A stretch of 64,000 bases of DNA from a virus (lineage: Duplodnaviria > Caudoviricetes). Both the position numbers and the translations under genes were made by a program. Under the pieces are notes generated by a model, which made no database searches, had not been told where the DNA came from, and saw nothing but the letters and a program-made list of their open reading frames with translations. Location: the IMG/VR virus record IMGVR_UViG_3300039452_000187, positions 1 to 64,000 of that record; one strand, 5' to 3'. Shown piece by piece: positions 49,242 to 59,300 of this stretch; the stretch's first letter is position 1; each line of letters opens with the position of its first letter.

Positions 49242-51053
49242 TTAGATCGGCACGAGGCCCACCTGGATGCAGGCGCCGGCCAGACCGGTCAGCGTGCCGC
49301 CCAGGGTGAGCGACAGCCGATCACCGGCCGCCAGCTGCAAGGTCGCCGCCGTGGCGATCAGTGTGCCACTCACCACCGTGTTGGCCGTGCCCGCCAGGGA
49401 GACCGTGCCCGTGAGCAGAGCCGTGCCGCCGCCCGGCGCAGTCGTCCCGGTATCCTTGTTGACTGTGACGGTGCCGGAGGAACTGGCCGTGCTGAAGACC
49501 GCTTTGAGGCTCTTGACCCGGTAAGCGCGGGTCGCCAGGAAGATCGTAAAGCTGCCCGCCGACGGAGCTGCCCCTTGGGTCTGAGCCCAGTTGGCCCAAG
49601 TGAGGCCATCCGAGACGCTGTTGATTTGGACTTCGCCGGCCGCCCCGGCTGTCCCGCCGGACGTGGTGCCGCCTGCACCGGGGACGAGGTTGATGTTGCC
49701 GCCTGCGCCACCGGTCCCGGCGCCGCTGGCATTGCCGCCCGCCCCGGCGGTCAAGGTGAGGGTGCCGCCGTTGCCGCCCGTGCCCGTGGCCGTGCCGCCA
49801 CCGCCTGCACCGGTGAGGGCCAGCGCGCCGCCATTGCCACCCGTGCCCGCGCCGCTGGCCGCGATCCCCGCGCCGGAGACGAGGCTCGCCGCGCCGCCCG
49901 CCGCCCCGCCGCCCGTGCCCGCACCGGCGGTAATCGTGACCGCGCCACCGGTACCGGAGGTTGCCCCGCCGGCCCCACCGGTAATCGTGACCGCGCCGCC
50001 ACCGCCTGTGGCCCCGCCCGCGCCGCCAATGAGGCTCGCCGCTCCACCGGCCTGCGAACCGGACCCGGCGCCACCGGTCAAACTGGCCGCGCCACCGACA
50101 GAGTTGCCCGCCGTGCCCGCACCGCCCGTAATCGCCACGGCACCACCGGCGCCACTCGTGGCCCCACCGGCACCACCCGTGAGCGTCAAGGCGCCACCAC
50201 CCCCGGTCGCGCCACCGGCCCCGCCGATGAGGCTGGCAGCACCACCGTTGCCCGTGCCCGCCCCAGCACCACCGGTCATGCTGACCGCGCCACCGGCGTC
50301 ATTGGTCGCCAGCGAGGCACCGCCCGTGATGGTGACCGCACCACCCGGACCCGTGGCCCCACCGTTGCCGCCCGCCCCGCCGGTAATAATCGTCGCGCCA
50401 CCGGTCCCGGTCCCGGTTGCCGCACCGCCGATAAGGCTGGCCGCCCCGCCGTTGGAGTTGCCGGCCGTGGCCGCCCCACCGGTCATGCTGACCGCGCCAC
50501 CGGCGCCGCTGCTGGAGCCGCCAGCCCCGCCTGCGATCGCGATAGCGCCGCCGTTGGCCGTGCTGTTGGCTGCGGCCTGGCCGGTGAAGGGGAAGGGAGT
50601 CGCCGCCGCTGTCAGCGAGGAGAATTGCCCCGCTGGGCCGGCGTAGCTGTTCATGAGCACCACCTGGACCAGGCCGTACTGACCGGCCGGGGTGCTTTCG
50701 AGGGCGATGGCGCCCACATTTTGCGTCGTGCCGCCGCCGGGGGCTGTGACACCCGCGCCGTTGGCGTCGGATTTGAGGTAATCGCCGCGGGTAAAGCCGC
50801 CCGAGCCCGCGAGCAGATCGCAGATGTCGCCCAGGCCGAAGAGTTCCACCAGGTCGCCCTGCGCGGCCGCCAGCGTGGCGTTGCTGCCGGAGAGGCCGGG
50901 GGCATCGCGCGGACCCGCCTGGCTGATGCCGATGATGGCGCTGTTGGCGGTCGACTGGATGCACATATTGTCGGCCGTCACGTCGATTTGCACGAACGTC
51001 GACACGCTGATGTTGCCGTTGGCGCGGAGTTGAGGTACTTGATTTCTGCTCAT
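49242..51053 (-). CDS. Capsid cement/decoration domain fused to long Gly-rich repeat region
   Basis: N-terminal DUF2190-like pattern (IIGIS...GD.L.SDANG.GVTA...GAIALE); repeated GGAVTITGGAGG/GGAASLIGGAGG units. Confidence 0.7.
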   Translation of the reverse strand: MSRNQVPQLRANGNISVSTFVQIDVTADNMCIQSTANSAIIGISQAGPRDAPGLSGSNATLAAAQGDLVELFGLGDICDLLAGSGGFTRGDYLKSDANGAGVTAPGGGTTQNVGAIALESTPAGQYGLVQVVLMNSYAGPAGQFSSLTAAATPFPFTGQAAANSTANGGAIAIAGGAGGSSSGAGGAVSMTGGAATAGNSNGGAASLIGGAATGTGTGGATIITGGAGGNGGATGPGGAVTITGGASLATNDAGGAVSMTGGAGAGTGNGGAASLIGGAGGATGGGGALTLTGGAGGATSGAGGAVAITGGAGTAGNSVGGAASLTGGAGSGSQAGGAASLIGGAGGATGGGGAVTITGGAGGATSGTGGAVTITAGAGTGGGAAGGAASLVSGAGIAASGAGTGGNGGALALTGAGGGGTATGTGGNGGTLTLTAGAGGNASGAGTGGAGGNINLVPGAGGTTSGGTAGAAGEVQINSVSDGLTWANWAQTQGAAPSAGSFTIFLATRAYRVKSLKAVFSTASSSGTVTVNKDTGTTAPGGGTALLTGTVSLAGTANTVVSGTLIATAATLQLAAGDRLSLTLGGTLTGLAGACIQVGLVPI

Positions 51054-51072
51054 CGCGGTTTACCCGTCCTGC

Positions 51073-51129
51073 AAAAGAAAAAGGGCCGTGCGGATTGATC
51101 GCACAGCCCCCAGAACAGGCCGCGAATGG
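51073..51129 (-). terminator. Terminator-like hairpin, copy 1 of a repeat flanking the HNH gene
   Basis: Minus strand GCCTGTTCTGG-GGGCTGTGCG...CGCACGGCCC-TTTTTCTTTT. Confidence 0.6.
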
Positions 51130-51182
51130 CGAGTCAGTTACTGGTGATCTAAGCCAGTTCGACTCGAAAACGTAAGCTCGCC

Positions 51183-51926
51183 TCAATCGGCGTGGCCCTT
51201 TTTGGTGGAACTAGAACCCCTCTGCCGCGCCTCCCTCATCACTTGATGCGGACATGGGCCGAAGCGCTTAGCCCAATTACAATTCATGCACAACACCTGA
51301 AAACCGGGCGGATATCCATTCCTGTGCAGCCAGCGGCAAATGTTATAAGCTGCCCGACCGACTTCCTTGCGATGCTTAGCTCCGTCGTTGTTGGTGTGGT
51401 CGATCGTCAGAAAGACGAAAATTGTCTCGCCACAACAGGCACACTTCGCTCCCCCGTAACGCTCGAAAACTTTCCGTCGAAAATCGTCGTGTCGTCTCTT
51501 CGCACGTTCCTTACAGGCACGACACATCGCCATACCGTTTTCCGCCGGCTTATAGCAGCGAAGGCATTGCCCTGCAGCCCGCAACCGGCGAATCTTGGCT
51601 TTGATGAGTTTGAGGCATCGCTGGCAATTCTTGCGTCCCTTGGGATCGTCATTTATGCCACCGCACGATATACACTGGCCAGCAGCGGCCCGTTGTCGCA
51701 AAACCTTCAAAGCATAGAGCCGCGCCGTTTCCTTACATTGCTGGCATTGGGCATATCCTTGATCGGTTGGCTTTCCGCAGTTACAAAGTCCTTTTGCCTT
51801 CCTGTCTCGGTATGCCTGTTTTGCTTTTTCGCTGCATCCTTGGCACCGGCTTTTTATTGCCGGCTCGCCACATTCAACACACAAACCTGCTTCACGCCGC
51901 CGCCGATAAAACTCCTTGTTCGTCAT
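51183..51926 (-). CDS. HNH-type endonuclease with tandem Zn-finger repeats
   Basis: Four G.C..CG...C..C repeats; CACCG..LTIDH.NNDG..HR...FQVLCMNCNWAK; visibly AT-richer than flanks. Confidence 0.8.
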   Translation of the reverse strand: MTNKEFYRRRREAGLCVECGEPAIKSRCQGCSEKAKQAYRDRKAKGLCNCGKPTDQGYAQCQQCKETARLYALKVLRQRAAAGQCISCGGINDDPKGRKNCQRCLKLIKAKIRRLRAAGQCLRCYKPAENGMAMCRACKERAKRRHDDFRRKVFERYGGAKCACCGETIFVFLTIDHTNNDGAKHRKEVGRAAYNICRWLHRNGYPPGFQVLCMNCNWAKRFGPCPHQVMREARQRGSSSTKKGHAD

Positions 51927-52029
51927 GACTGACTCCAGTTTCAGTGAGAAAGGATCGTTTAAGTGATTCTCACGAATCTGTTGTCAGTTTTCTATGTCGG
52001 TTGCGTTTGTTAAGCTCCCTGCCTGCTCC

Positions 52030-52085
52030 AAAGAAAAAGGGGACCGTGCGCGGTGGCGCGGCCCCCAGAACAGGCTGCGTATGGG
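52030..52085 (-). terminator. Terminator-like hairpin, copy 2
   Basis: Minus strand GCCTGTTCTGGGGGCCGCGC...GCACGGTCCCC-TTTTTCTTT. Confidence 0.6.
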
Positions 52086-52205
52086 TTATGGCCAAACTCC
52101 CCGGGAGATCAGGCCCGGTTTGGCCTGTTAGCACAGAGCCGCGCGACACGCGCCGGCCCCCGAAACACTTCCAAAGACTCCTACAAAGGCACTGTCACCA
52201 GCGGT

Positions 52206-53756
52206 CTACGATGCCGCCGTGGAGAATTTTTTCACGATCTCCGGCCACTGCTCGTCAGGATGGTCCTGAGCATATTGCAGGGCCTTCTGTTGCTGCTCGC
52301 GGCCGAATTGGGTGGGCTGCTCGCGGCCGGCTCGCTTTTCCGGCCGCTGCCGCTGCATCTGCAGCACTTCGGCGTCCGGGCGCGGGTTGCCGCCAACCAT
52401 GCCGGCCAGGTCGGCGCCCACGGGTGCCCGGCTGTAGCACTGGCGGATTTCCTGCTCGCGCTCGCCGCGCTGCTCGTCGCTCATGCGGGCCATGCGCTCG
52501 ACTTCCTTGCCGATATCCGGGATCCTGTACCCTTCCGCTTCGAGGGCATAACAGACCCGCTCGGAGCGCTCGCGGTCGCGCTCGTACTTCAGCTGCACGT
52601 TCTCCTGCTGCGCCGCCGCCAGGCCCTGCTCCAGGCTCTGCAGGCGGGTTTCCACGGTGCGCTCCTCGCGCACCTGGCGAATCTGTTGCTGCGTGCGCTG
52701 CATCCGCGCCGGCTCCTCTTTACGACCGCCCCCCAGACCGGGAACGAAGGTGTTGCCACCCGCAGCCGCACCGGCACCCGCTTGATACGGGGCACCGGAA
52801 GCCGGGGGCGTGCTCGGGGCGGCTGGAGGCGGTGTGCCGGCCCCTTCAGCGGGCGGCTCGGCGGCCTGCTCGGCGGAATATTTGGCGTGGCAGTCGTGGA
52901 GGTACTTGAGCGGGCCGTAGCTCTTGCTGGCGTGCTTCATCGAGTGCATGAAGCGGGCGTGGAACTCCGGGTCCGGTTCCGGCTCCGCTTCGGCTCCGGG
53001 CTGCTGACCAGCGGCCGGCTCCATCGGCTGTTCGTCCTGCTCGTAGCGACTCGGCTGCTGCCGGGAAGTGTGAGGCTGGTTGGCGTTGGCTTGGGTCATG
53101 GTGTCCTCATTTCCGAGGGTGAAATCATCAATCGAGTACCGCAGCCGGTCCTTGGCGCGGCTGTAGGTCGCTGGCAAGGCTGCTCCGTCGCCGCCATAGA
53201 GCCGAACCGTGCCGGGCGGCAGGTAGGCCGGGGGCGTGGCGGGATCTGTGAAATCGTCGGTGAGCACTCCCAAATCGCGCTGCGGGGTCCGCCGCAGCAA
53301 GGCAATGGGGTCCAGGATCTTGTCGCGGAAATACAGCTCGACACTCCGGCGCGGAAAACTCATCGCGACCTTATACCGGTCGGGATAGAAGTAGAAATCC
53401 GCTAGGATTCCAAGCTTCTGCGCCGCCCCGAATCGCCCCACGTGGAAATTCCGTGCGTACCCGAGAATCTCCGGCTGCTGGTCCTCTGGTGCCCCCTGGA
53501 TCGTGTGCCCCTTGGTCAGCGGGCAGACGTCGCCCGTGTCCCGCTCCCGCCGGTTGCAACTGTCGGCAATCTCTTGCAACTCTTGCGGCCCGAACCGTCG
53601 CTGCAGCCGCCCATCCTTGCCGTACTCGTCGTGCTCGTCGAACACCGGCACCGACCGGCGAATCTTCCAGCGCGACGGCTGGTTGAGCTGGTCGATCAGG
53701 CTTTGGGTCGGGTCGGCTGATGCTACTGCCGCCGCCGCCGCCGGGGCCGTACTCAT
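52206..53756 (-). CDS. Mu-like prohead protease / scaffold
   Basis: KGHT, ILGYA, ILADF, FPRRSVEL, IALL..TP; coiled-coil C-terminus; upstream of capsid genes. Confidence 0.75.
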   Translation of the reverse strand: MSTAPAAAAAVASADPTQSLIDQLNQPSRWKIRRSVPVFDEHDEYGKDGRLQRRFGPQELQEIADSCNRRERDTGDVCPLTKGHTIQGAPEDQQPEILGYARNFHVGRFGAAQKLGILADFYFYPDRYKVAMSFPRRSVELYFRDKILDPIALLRRTPQRDLGVLTDDFTDPATPPAYLPPGTVRLYGGDGAALPATYSRAKDRLRYSIDDFTLGNEDTMTQANANQPHTSRQQPSRYEQDEQPMEPAAGQQPGAEAEPEPDPEFHARFMHSMKHASKSYGPLKYLHDCHAKYSAEQAAEPPAEGAGTPPPAAPSTPPASGAPYQAGAGAAAGGNTFVPGLGGGRKEEPARMQRTQQQIRQVREERTVETRLQSLEQGLAAAQQENVQLKYERDRERSERVCYALEAEGYRIPDIGKEVERMARMSDEQRGEREQEIRQCYSRAPVGADLAGMVGGNPRPDAEVLQMQRQRPEKRAGREQPTQFGREQQQKALQYAQDHPDEQWPEIVKKFSTAAS

Positions 53757-53931
53757 GGGGTCGAATGTGACACAGGGGGAAACAGAGATGCAAAAATCGG
53801 CGTGTCAAGAACAAACCCGACGCCGGCAACAAGAATCCGCGCCGGGAACAGTGGGTCGCATTGACCGCACCAGCGGCGGCGTGGTCCAATCCAGGCAGAC
53901 CAAAGAGAAAGGAACCAAAGGAGATCGTCGT

Positions 53932-54699
53932 ATGTCAACCGAAACTGAGGCCGCCGGCTTGCTGCCCGTCCCGTCCCTATGCGGCGTCTCGCCCACCTAC
54001 GCCAGCGATGATTTCCGGGATGATGGCTGGGTCTACCGGCCCGACGGTTCCCGGCGCTGCAAATGGTTCGGCTGGCTGCCGCACACACGCCACCCCGAGC
54101 GCGGCCGCGTCCGGTTCTGGGAAGCGAAGTTGCAGTTGGAGTATTTGCCGGTGCTGGAAGCGAAGCGGTGGAAGTGGGAGCAGCGGCGCCGCAAGTACCT
54201 GGCAACCTCGTGGACCAGGGACGGTTTCGAGGAACGGTTGAAGGCGATGCTGCCGTGCGGCGGCTGGAGGGATAATGGCCGGAAGGCCCAAGGATGGGTG
54301 CTCCTGGAGTTGGCCAGAGGGAGCCAGGGGCAGGAGTGGATTAGCTGGAGCTGGCAGCCGGACCGGTTCAAGGACAAGCCGGAGCGAATCGAACAGGACA
54401 TGGTGGACGAGTTTTTCCGGCGTTACCGCGCGGATATGTGGTGCAACTGGCGGGCAGCCCTGTTCCAGGCCGCCTTTTGCTACGCGATCGATACTAATTA
54501 CGCAGGGCGAGAGCAGTTCCAGGGCAAGCGGGCAACGGCGACGCTGCACCTGGTCCTCAATGGCCGGGACTACTGGTTTAGGCGGGCCGAAACGCCGTCC
54601 CCGTGGTTCTTCGAGGCGCTGAGCTTGCCGGAAGATACCGTGACCGAGCGGTTCACCGTGGAACTGCCGCCGGCGTCGGGCTGGGGCATCAGGGATTAG
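53932..54699 (+). CDS. Trp-rich hypothetical protein (antisense insert)
   Basis: AAGGAG RBS, 255-aa ORF. Confidence 0.6.
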   Translation: MSTETEAAGLLPVPSLCGVSPTYASDDFRDDGWVYRPDGSRRCKWFGWLPHTRHPERGRVRFWEAKLQLEYLPVLEAKRWKWEQRRRKYLATSWTRDGFEERLKAMLPCGGWRDNGRKAQGWVLLELARGSQGQEWISWSWQPDRFKDKPERIEQDMVDEFFRRYRADMWCNWRAALFQAAFCYAIDTNYAGREQFQGKRATATLHLVLNGRDYWFRRAETPSPWFFEALSLPEDTVTERFTVELPPASGWGIRD

Positions 54700-54973
54700 C
54701 CAGCAGTAAGAGCAAGGTGGGCAGCGCTGCCGGTTCGACCAGGCGGCGAACGGTGAGCCAGGCCGTCCCGTCCATCCTGGTTGCGCTCCGGCGAACCCCG
54801 GCGGCTCAGTAAGGGTCCACGGTGCCGAGGTTGTGGCGCTGCTACTGCGAACGCCAGGGTCAGGGCTTTACATTCGGGGCGCCAGACGGATTGGATACCG
54901 CGACAGAAGCCGACCGAACTTCATCGCCCTGGAGCCCGGCTCGGATACGATCGGCGTGCGAGGCCGAACAGGC

Positions 54974-55357
54974 TCAATGGGAAACCACCTGGGTCTCGCC
55001 GGGTCGATAACTCCCGACGCCACCGGTATCCGTTGGTTCCTTGGTGTACTGATTGCGGCCGGCATGCCCGGCCGCGTTGCGATTCCCCGGCGGGGCACCG
55101 ACGCGGCGCCGCGTGGTGGCTGCCCGCCGCAACCAGAAGAACTCCGTGACCCAGACCCGGCGGCCGCGCTCGGAAATCCGCCGGTAGCCGAGGTCGTGGG
55201 CCAACCGCTCTAGCTCCCTGGTCGCGTTGCGCTGGGCGTCACCCTCCACCAGTTCCCCGAGATAGACGCACTGGCGGAAATCCTGGGGTGCCGTGCGAAA
55301 GAGGAAGGCATAGCGGCAGCGGAGGATGTAGAGCAGGCGGCTGTGGTGCTCGAACAT
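54974..55357 (-). CDS. Hypothetical protein
   Basis: ORF with RBS downstream of the HTH gene. Confidence 0.5.
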   Translation of the reverse strand: MFEHHSRLLYILRCRYAFLFRTAPQDFRQCVYLGELVEGDAQRNATRELERLAHDLGYRRISERGRRVWVTEFFWLRRAATTRRRVGAPPGNRNAAGHAGRNQYTKEPTDTGGVGSYRPGETQVVSH

Positions 55358-55387
55358 GACGGCTGATCCTTCAGGGTTCCTGTCTGT

Positions 55388-55612
55388 CTATTCGTTCGGA
55401 CTGCGAAAATCTTCGGTCGAAATGTCCAGGGTGTCCGCCAAGCGGCAGACCGTCTCCCAGAGCGGCTTGCCTTCGCCACGTTCCAGGGTGCTGAGGGTCT
55501 GCTTGGAAACGCCGGAGCGGCGGGCCAGCTCGTAGGCGGACAGACCCGCCTGGGTGCGCAGGGCACGGAGGCGGGCGGCGAAGGAAGCGGGGGCGGGTTT
55601 TTTCTTGGCCAT
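55388..55612 (-). CDS. XRE-family HTH regulator
   Basis: RLRALRTQAGLSAYELARRSGVSKQTLSTLERGEGKPLWETVCRLADTL. Confidence 0.92.
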   Translation of the reverse strand: MAKKKPAPASFAARLRALRTQAGLSAYELARRSGVSKQTLSTLERGEGKPLWETVCRLADTLDISTEDFRSPNE

Positions 55613-55641
55613 AACTCGTCACCTATCCAGTTGGCCGAACA

Positions 55642-56379
55642 TCACGATACGCGAACACGTTCCGCCATGCTCCATCGTCCGTAGTAGTCGTTGCGATCCT
55701 CAATCCGAAACGTCCAGCGCGAGCCATCGGCATCATAGCCCAGCGCACCGTCGGGATAAACGGTAATCGCCAGCGTCTCCAGTCCCAGAATTGCGAGCAA
55801 TTCCATGCCGACCAGCGTGAGACGCTGCATTCCCGCCGCGTCAATCGAAAAGCCATCCTCTAAGGCTGTTGTGGCGCACGGCTTGTAGAGGCCACTAGAG
55901 CCGCTGATCGGCGATTCACAGGCCAGCACGTCCTCGACCTTCTTGGGCAGCGCTTTCTGTCGCTGCTTGACCAGCTTGGCGAGGGTCTGCTGACCAGCCC
56001 ACACCTTGAGCGCTGGCACGCGGTCGGCCCACATGATCCGCACGCCACCGATTTCGCACCCGTGACGATTGGGAATGGCCGTCACTTCGGCCTCGCGTAA
56101 CCAGTCTGCCACCCGCTGATGGTCTACTCGCCGCGCGGCCAGAAACTTTTCCCGGTCGTCCTCGTCGCCACCATCCTCCGACCAGTCATGGTCAGGCTCA
56201 CTGCGGCCAATCCGGTCAAGGAGCCAGAGAAAACCGACCTGAGCAAAATACTGCGCTGGCTCGTGCCGGTCGCCCAATTCCATGTCGGGAATGCCGGCCT
56301 CGCGGTTCCGCTCGCGATCCCTGGTGCGAAAGCGGGCCACTCGCTCCAGCCGGGCGGCTTCATCGTGCATGCTGCTCAT
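55642..56379 (-). CDS. Orphan type I-G (I-U) Cas8/Csb3-like protein
   Basis: Ordered motifs PAQYFAQVGFLWL, LKVWAGQQT, ALEDGFSID, ELLAILGLE, FRIEDRNDYYGRWSMAE match my recollection of the GSU0052/Csb3 family. Confidence 0.65.
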   Translation of the reverse strand: MSSMHDEAARLERVARFRTRDRERNREAGIPDMELGDRHEPAQYFAQVGFLWLLDRIGRSEPDHDWSEDGGDEDDREKFLAARRVDHQRVADWLREAEVTAIPNRHGCEIGGVRIMWADRVPALKVWAGQQTLAKLVKQRQKALPKKVEDVLACESPISGSSGLYKPCATTALEDGFSIDAAGMQRLTLVGMELLAILGLETLAITVYPDGALGYDADGSRWTFRIEDRNDYYGRWSMAERVRVS

Positions 56380-56384
56380 AGGTC

Positions 56385-59300
56385 TTACTCCTTGACTGAG
56401 AGGTTGTGCTGTTCGCGGTAGGCCGCTTCGGGATCCTGGCGGTATTTTTCCAGCCAGCGCTTGGCCTCATCGCGCTGCTCATTAGTCATGTAGCCGGACA
56501 CGTTGTAGTCATCATAAGGCTTCGCCTGCGCTTCGAGCGCCTTGATAGCCGCCGGGATCTTGGAGGTAATGACTTCCTCCGGCGTTGCCGGTCGGACCAG
56601 CACATGCTGCATGCGTCCTAGCCCACCAATCTCCGGGTCGCGCAACTCAAAGACGTCGCTGCCGGCCAGGACGGTGTAATCCTTGCCGCGTACCTGGATG
56701 ACCGCCCCCTTTTTCTTGGGCGGAAAGCCACCGGTTCCGCCCACCCCCAGATCCTGCTGCGCCTTGATGCGCCAGACTAGGGCATCGGCCGGAGGATTTT
56801 TCGGCAGGTCGCGCTTGGTCATGCCGAAATCCTTGGGCTTGTCGTAGAGCTTGCCAACCTTGCCCCGCGCCGCGTCGTAGACCTTTCGCGTGAACGCCGG
56901 CTTCAGCGCCTTCTCCATCACGTCGGAGAGGACGTAGGACAAACCTCGATTCGGATCATCGGCTTTGATGCCCAGATCGCTGGCCAATCGCTCCAGTCGT
57001 GGCCGGCTCAGGCTGTAAATGCTATCTCGCCACTCTTTTTGGACGCGCTCAGGGTCATTTGTCGTGGCCGCCTGCGCCAGCAGATCCTTGGCGCGAGCAG
57101 CCCGTTCGGCGCGTCCGTGTTCGGCGGTCGCGGCCTCGTAGCGATCCTGCGCCGCCTTGAAAATATGCGTGTTGGGGTAAGTTCGATCCCGCTTCGCCGG
57201 ATCGGCGCCCACGATTCGCTCTGCTTCCTCGCGCTCTTCGGCCGACAGATCGTTGAGCGTCGGCGCCATGTCAATCCAGCCCTGCACCGCCGCCGGATTG
57301 GCCACAAAGCGGCGCAAGAAGTCGAGCGCCGGTTCCCCTGGCTGCCGCTTCAGTGGGCCACCCTGTTGCGTTGCAGTCGGAGTAACTGCCGATACGGCTG
57401 GCTGGGACACGTCTGGCTGCTTGACCGACTCGGGCTTCGGTGCCGCTGCAGCCGGTGGCGCCAGGGCCGCCTTGGCATCCTCATAGCCTCGCCGCCAGCG
57501 ATTGACTTTGCCGCCACTCCAGCCCCGCTCCTTCCATGATTCCTCCGTCTTGCCCGCCAGGGCATCGACGAATCCAGCTCGGAACTCGTCGGCCGGAGGC
57601 GTGCCCGCCTGAAGATTCCGTTTCGCCAGAGCTTCCGCCAACGCGACCTCGTGCCCCGCTGCCACCGTGTCAGATTGTGCCCCTGTCATTGCTGCCGTGC
57701 CGACCATCGCATTCCCCTCCGCAGGCTTCCCCGGTGTCGCGCCCGTCGCGTCACCTGCAGAGATCATAGTCTGTTGGACCGGACTAGTCAAGTCTTCCTG
57801 ACTAGAATTCGCGGAAGTTTTTTCGGGCGGGCTTGGGACCGGTGCCGGTTCGGTTTCCGGCGGCTCACTGGCCGATTGCTGGGCCGTTGCCGGTTGGTTC
57901 TCCTTCAAGCGGTACAGCGGCCCGCCGTATCGCCGTGCCACCTTCTCGACATGCCCGCTCCGTTCCAACTCTTCCAGGTGCCGTTGCAGCTCGGCGCTTG
58001 GCTTACCTGTCGCATCGGCCAGTTCATCGACCGACGCAATGCCGTGCTCGGAGAGGACCGCCAAGGTTGAGTGGTCGGCGCCGGAAATATTGGAGGGTTG
58101 TTCCACTGCCGGTGCCGGCGCCGGTGCCTGTGACTGTTTCCCTTTCAGTGCCTGTTCCACCACATCGGCGCCATTGCGGTAGTAGCCCGCCAACTCCTTA
58201 TGCCCGGCCTTTTCCAGGGCGGGAATGAGCGTCTCGCGAATGCGCTGGACCACATTCGCCAGCCCCTTCTCGCCTTGCCGCCGGTAGCCCGGATCGGCCG
58301 AGGTCATAAAGCGGTTCCAATTGGACGCTGCCGATCTCAGCCATTCGTTCGTATGAAGTCCGAGCTGGGCATGAAGTTTGTCCAGGTGGCGTGTGTCCGC
58401 GTTGGCCAGTGCTTCCAACTTCTGGCCGATGTCGCGCGTAGGGTCGATCAAGATAGCCCGATCGCGTGCGGAAAGGACATCAGTTTCGGCCGCAGCCTTC
58501 ATCGGATCAGCGGTAGCCAGTGCGGACTGCGCGGTCTGCGGCTGGTTGGCCTGGTTGGCCTGGTTGCTCGGTGCTTGTTTCGACGACCGCTCAGCATCCG
58601 TCAACATCGCCGCAATCTCGTGCAGGCCGTTGACGCCAGCTTTTTCCATCGCGGATTGCAGCAGCTGCCGCGCCAAGAAGCTACTCGGCAGCGCTGCAAG
58701 ATGTTTCCTGGCGCCAAACGTCATCACGTCTTGTTCGGCCATATGCCTTGGGATACCTTTCTCCCAGGCAATGCCATCCTCTGGAACTTCCTTGCCGTTG
58801 GCGCGTTCCTCGGCCACTTCACGCTCGATCCGATCGAGATACCTCTTCTCCAACTGCTGGGCCAAGTTTTTTAATCTGCCTTCACCGATCGCTTCGGCAA
58901 ACTCCTTCCACTCTTTCATGTTGATCGTGCTCCGCTGCATCGCCTTGTAATTGGGATGCTCGCCAAACCACTTGAGTCGCCCCAGGGGACTGGCATTGAT
59001 GTCATTCCACTTGACCTGCTGCTCCTGCCGCTCTTTCTCGTCCTGGATTTGTTCTGGCGTCATTGGCTCGCGCGGCTGCTTTTGCTTGGCATTTTCGCTG
59101 GGCGGCTTGCCCATCTCGCCGCCTTGCGGTTCTTTAGTCTGGGGCTTCTGGTCAGGTTTCACCGAGAGTCCGTGAATCGGCATCCACCGGCCGCCCTTGT
59201 AGAACTCACCGTTAACCGGGGACGTTTCGCCGCCAGCTTTCGCCTTCACCCAGGTTGTCCCTTTACTGTCCTTGAACTTGTTTGCATCGGCTGGAGGTTT

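Noticed and set aside
54700-56400. CRISPR array or full type I-G operon around the cas8-like gene
   Set aside because: No repeat-spacer array and no cas7/cas5/cas3 motifs seen by eye; a single solitary repeat cannot be excluded
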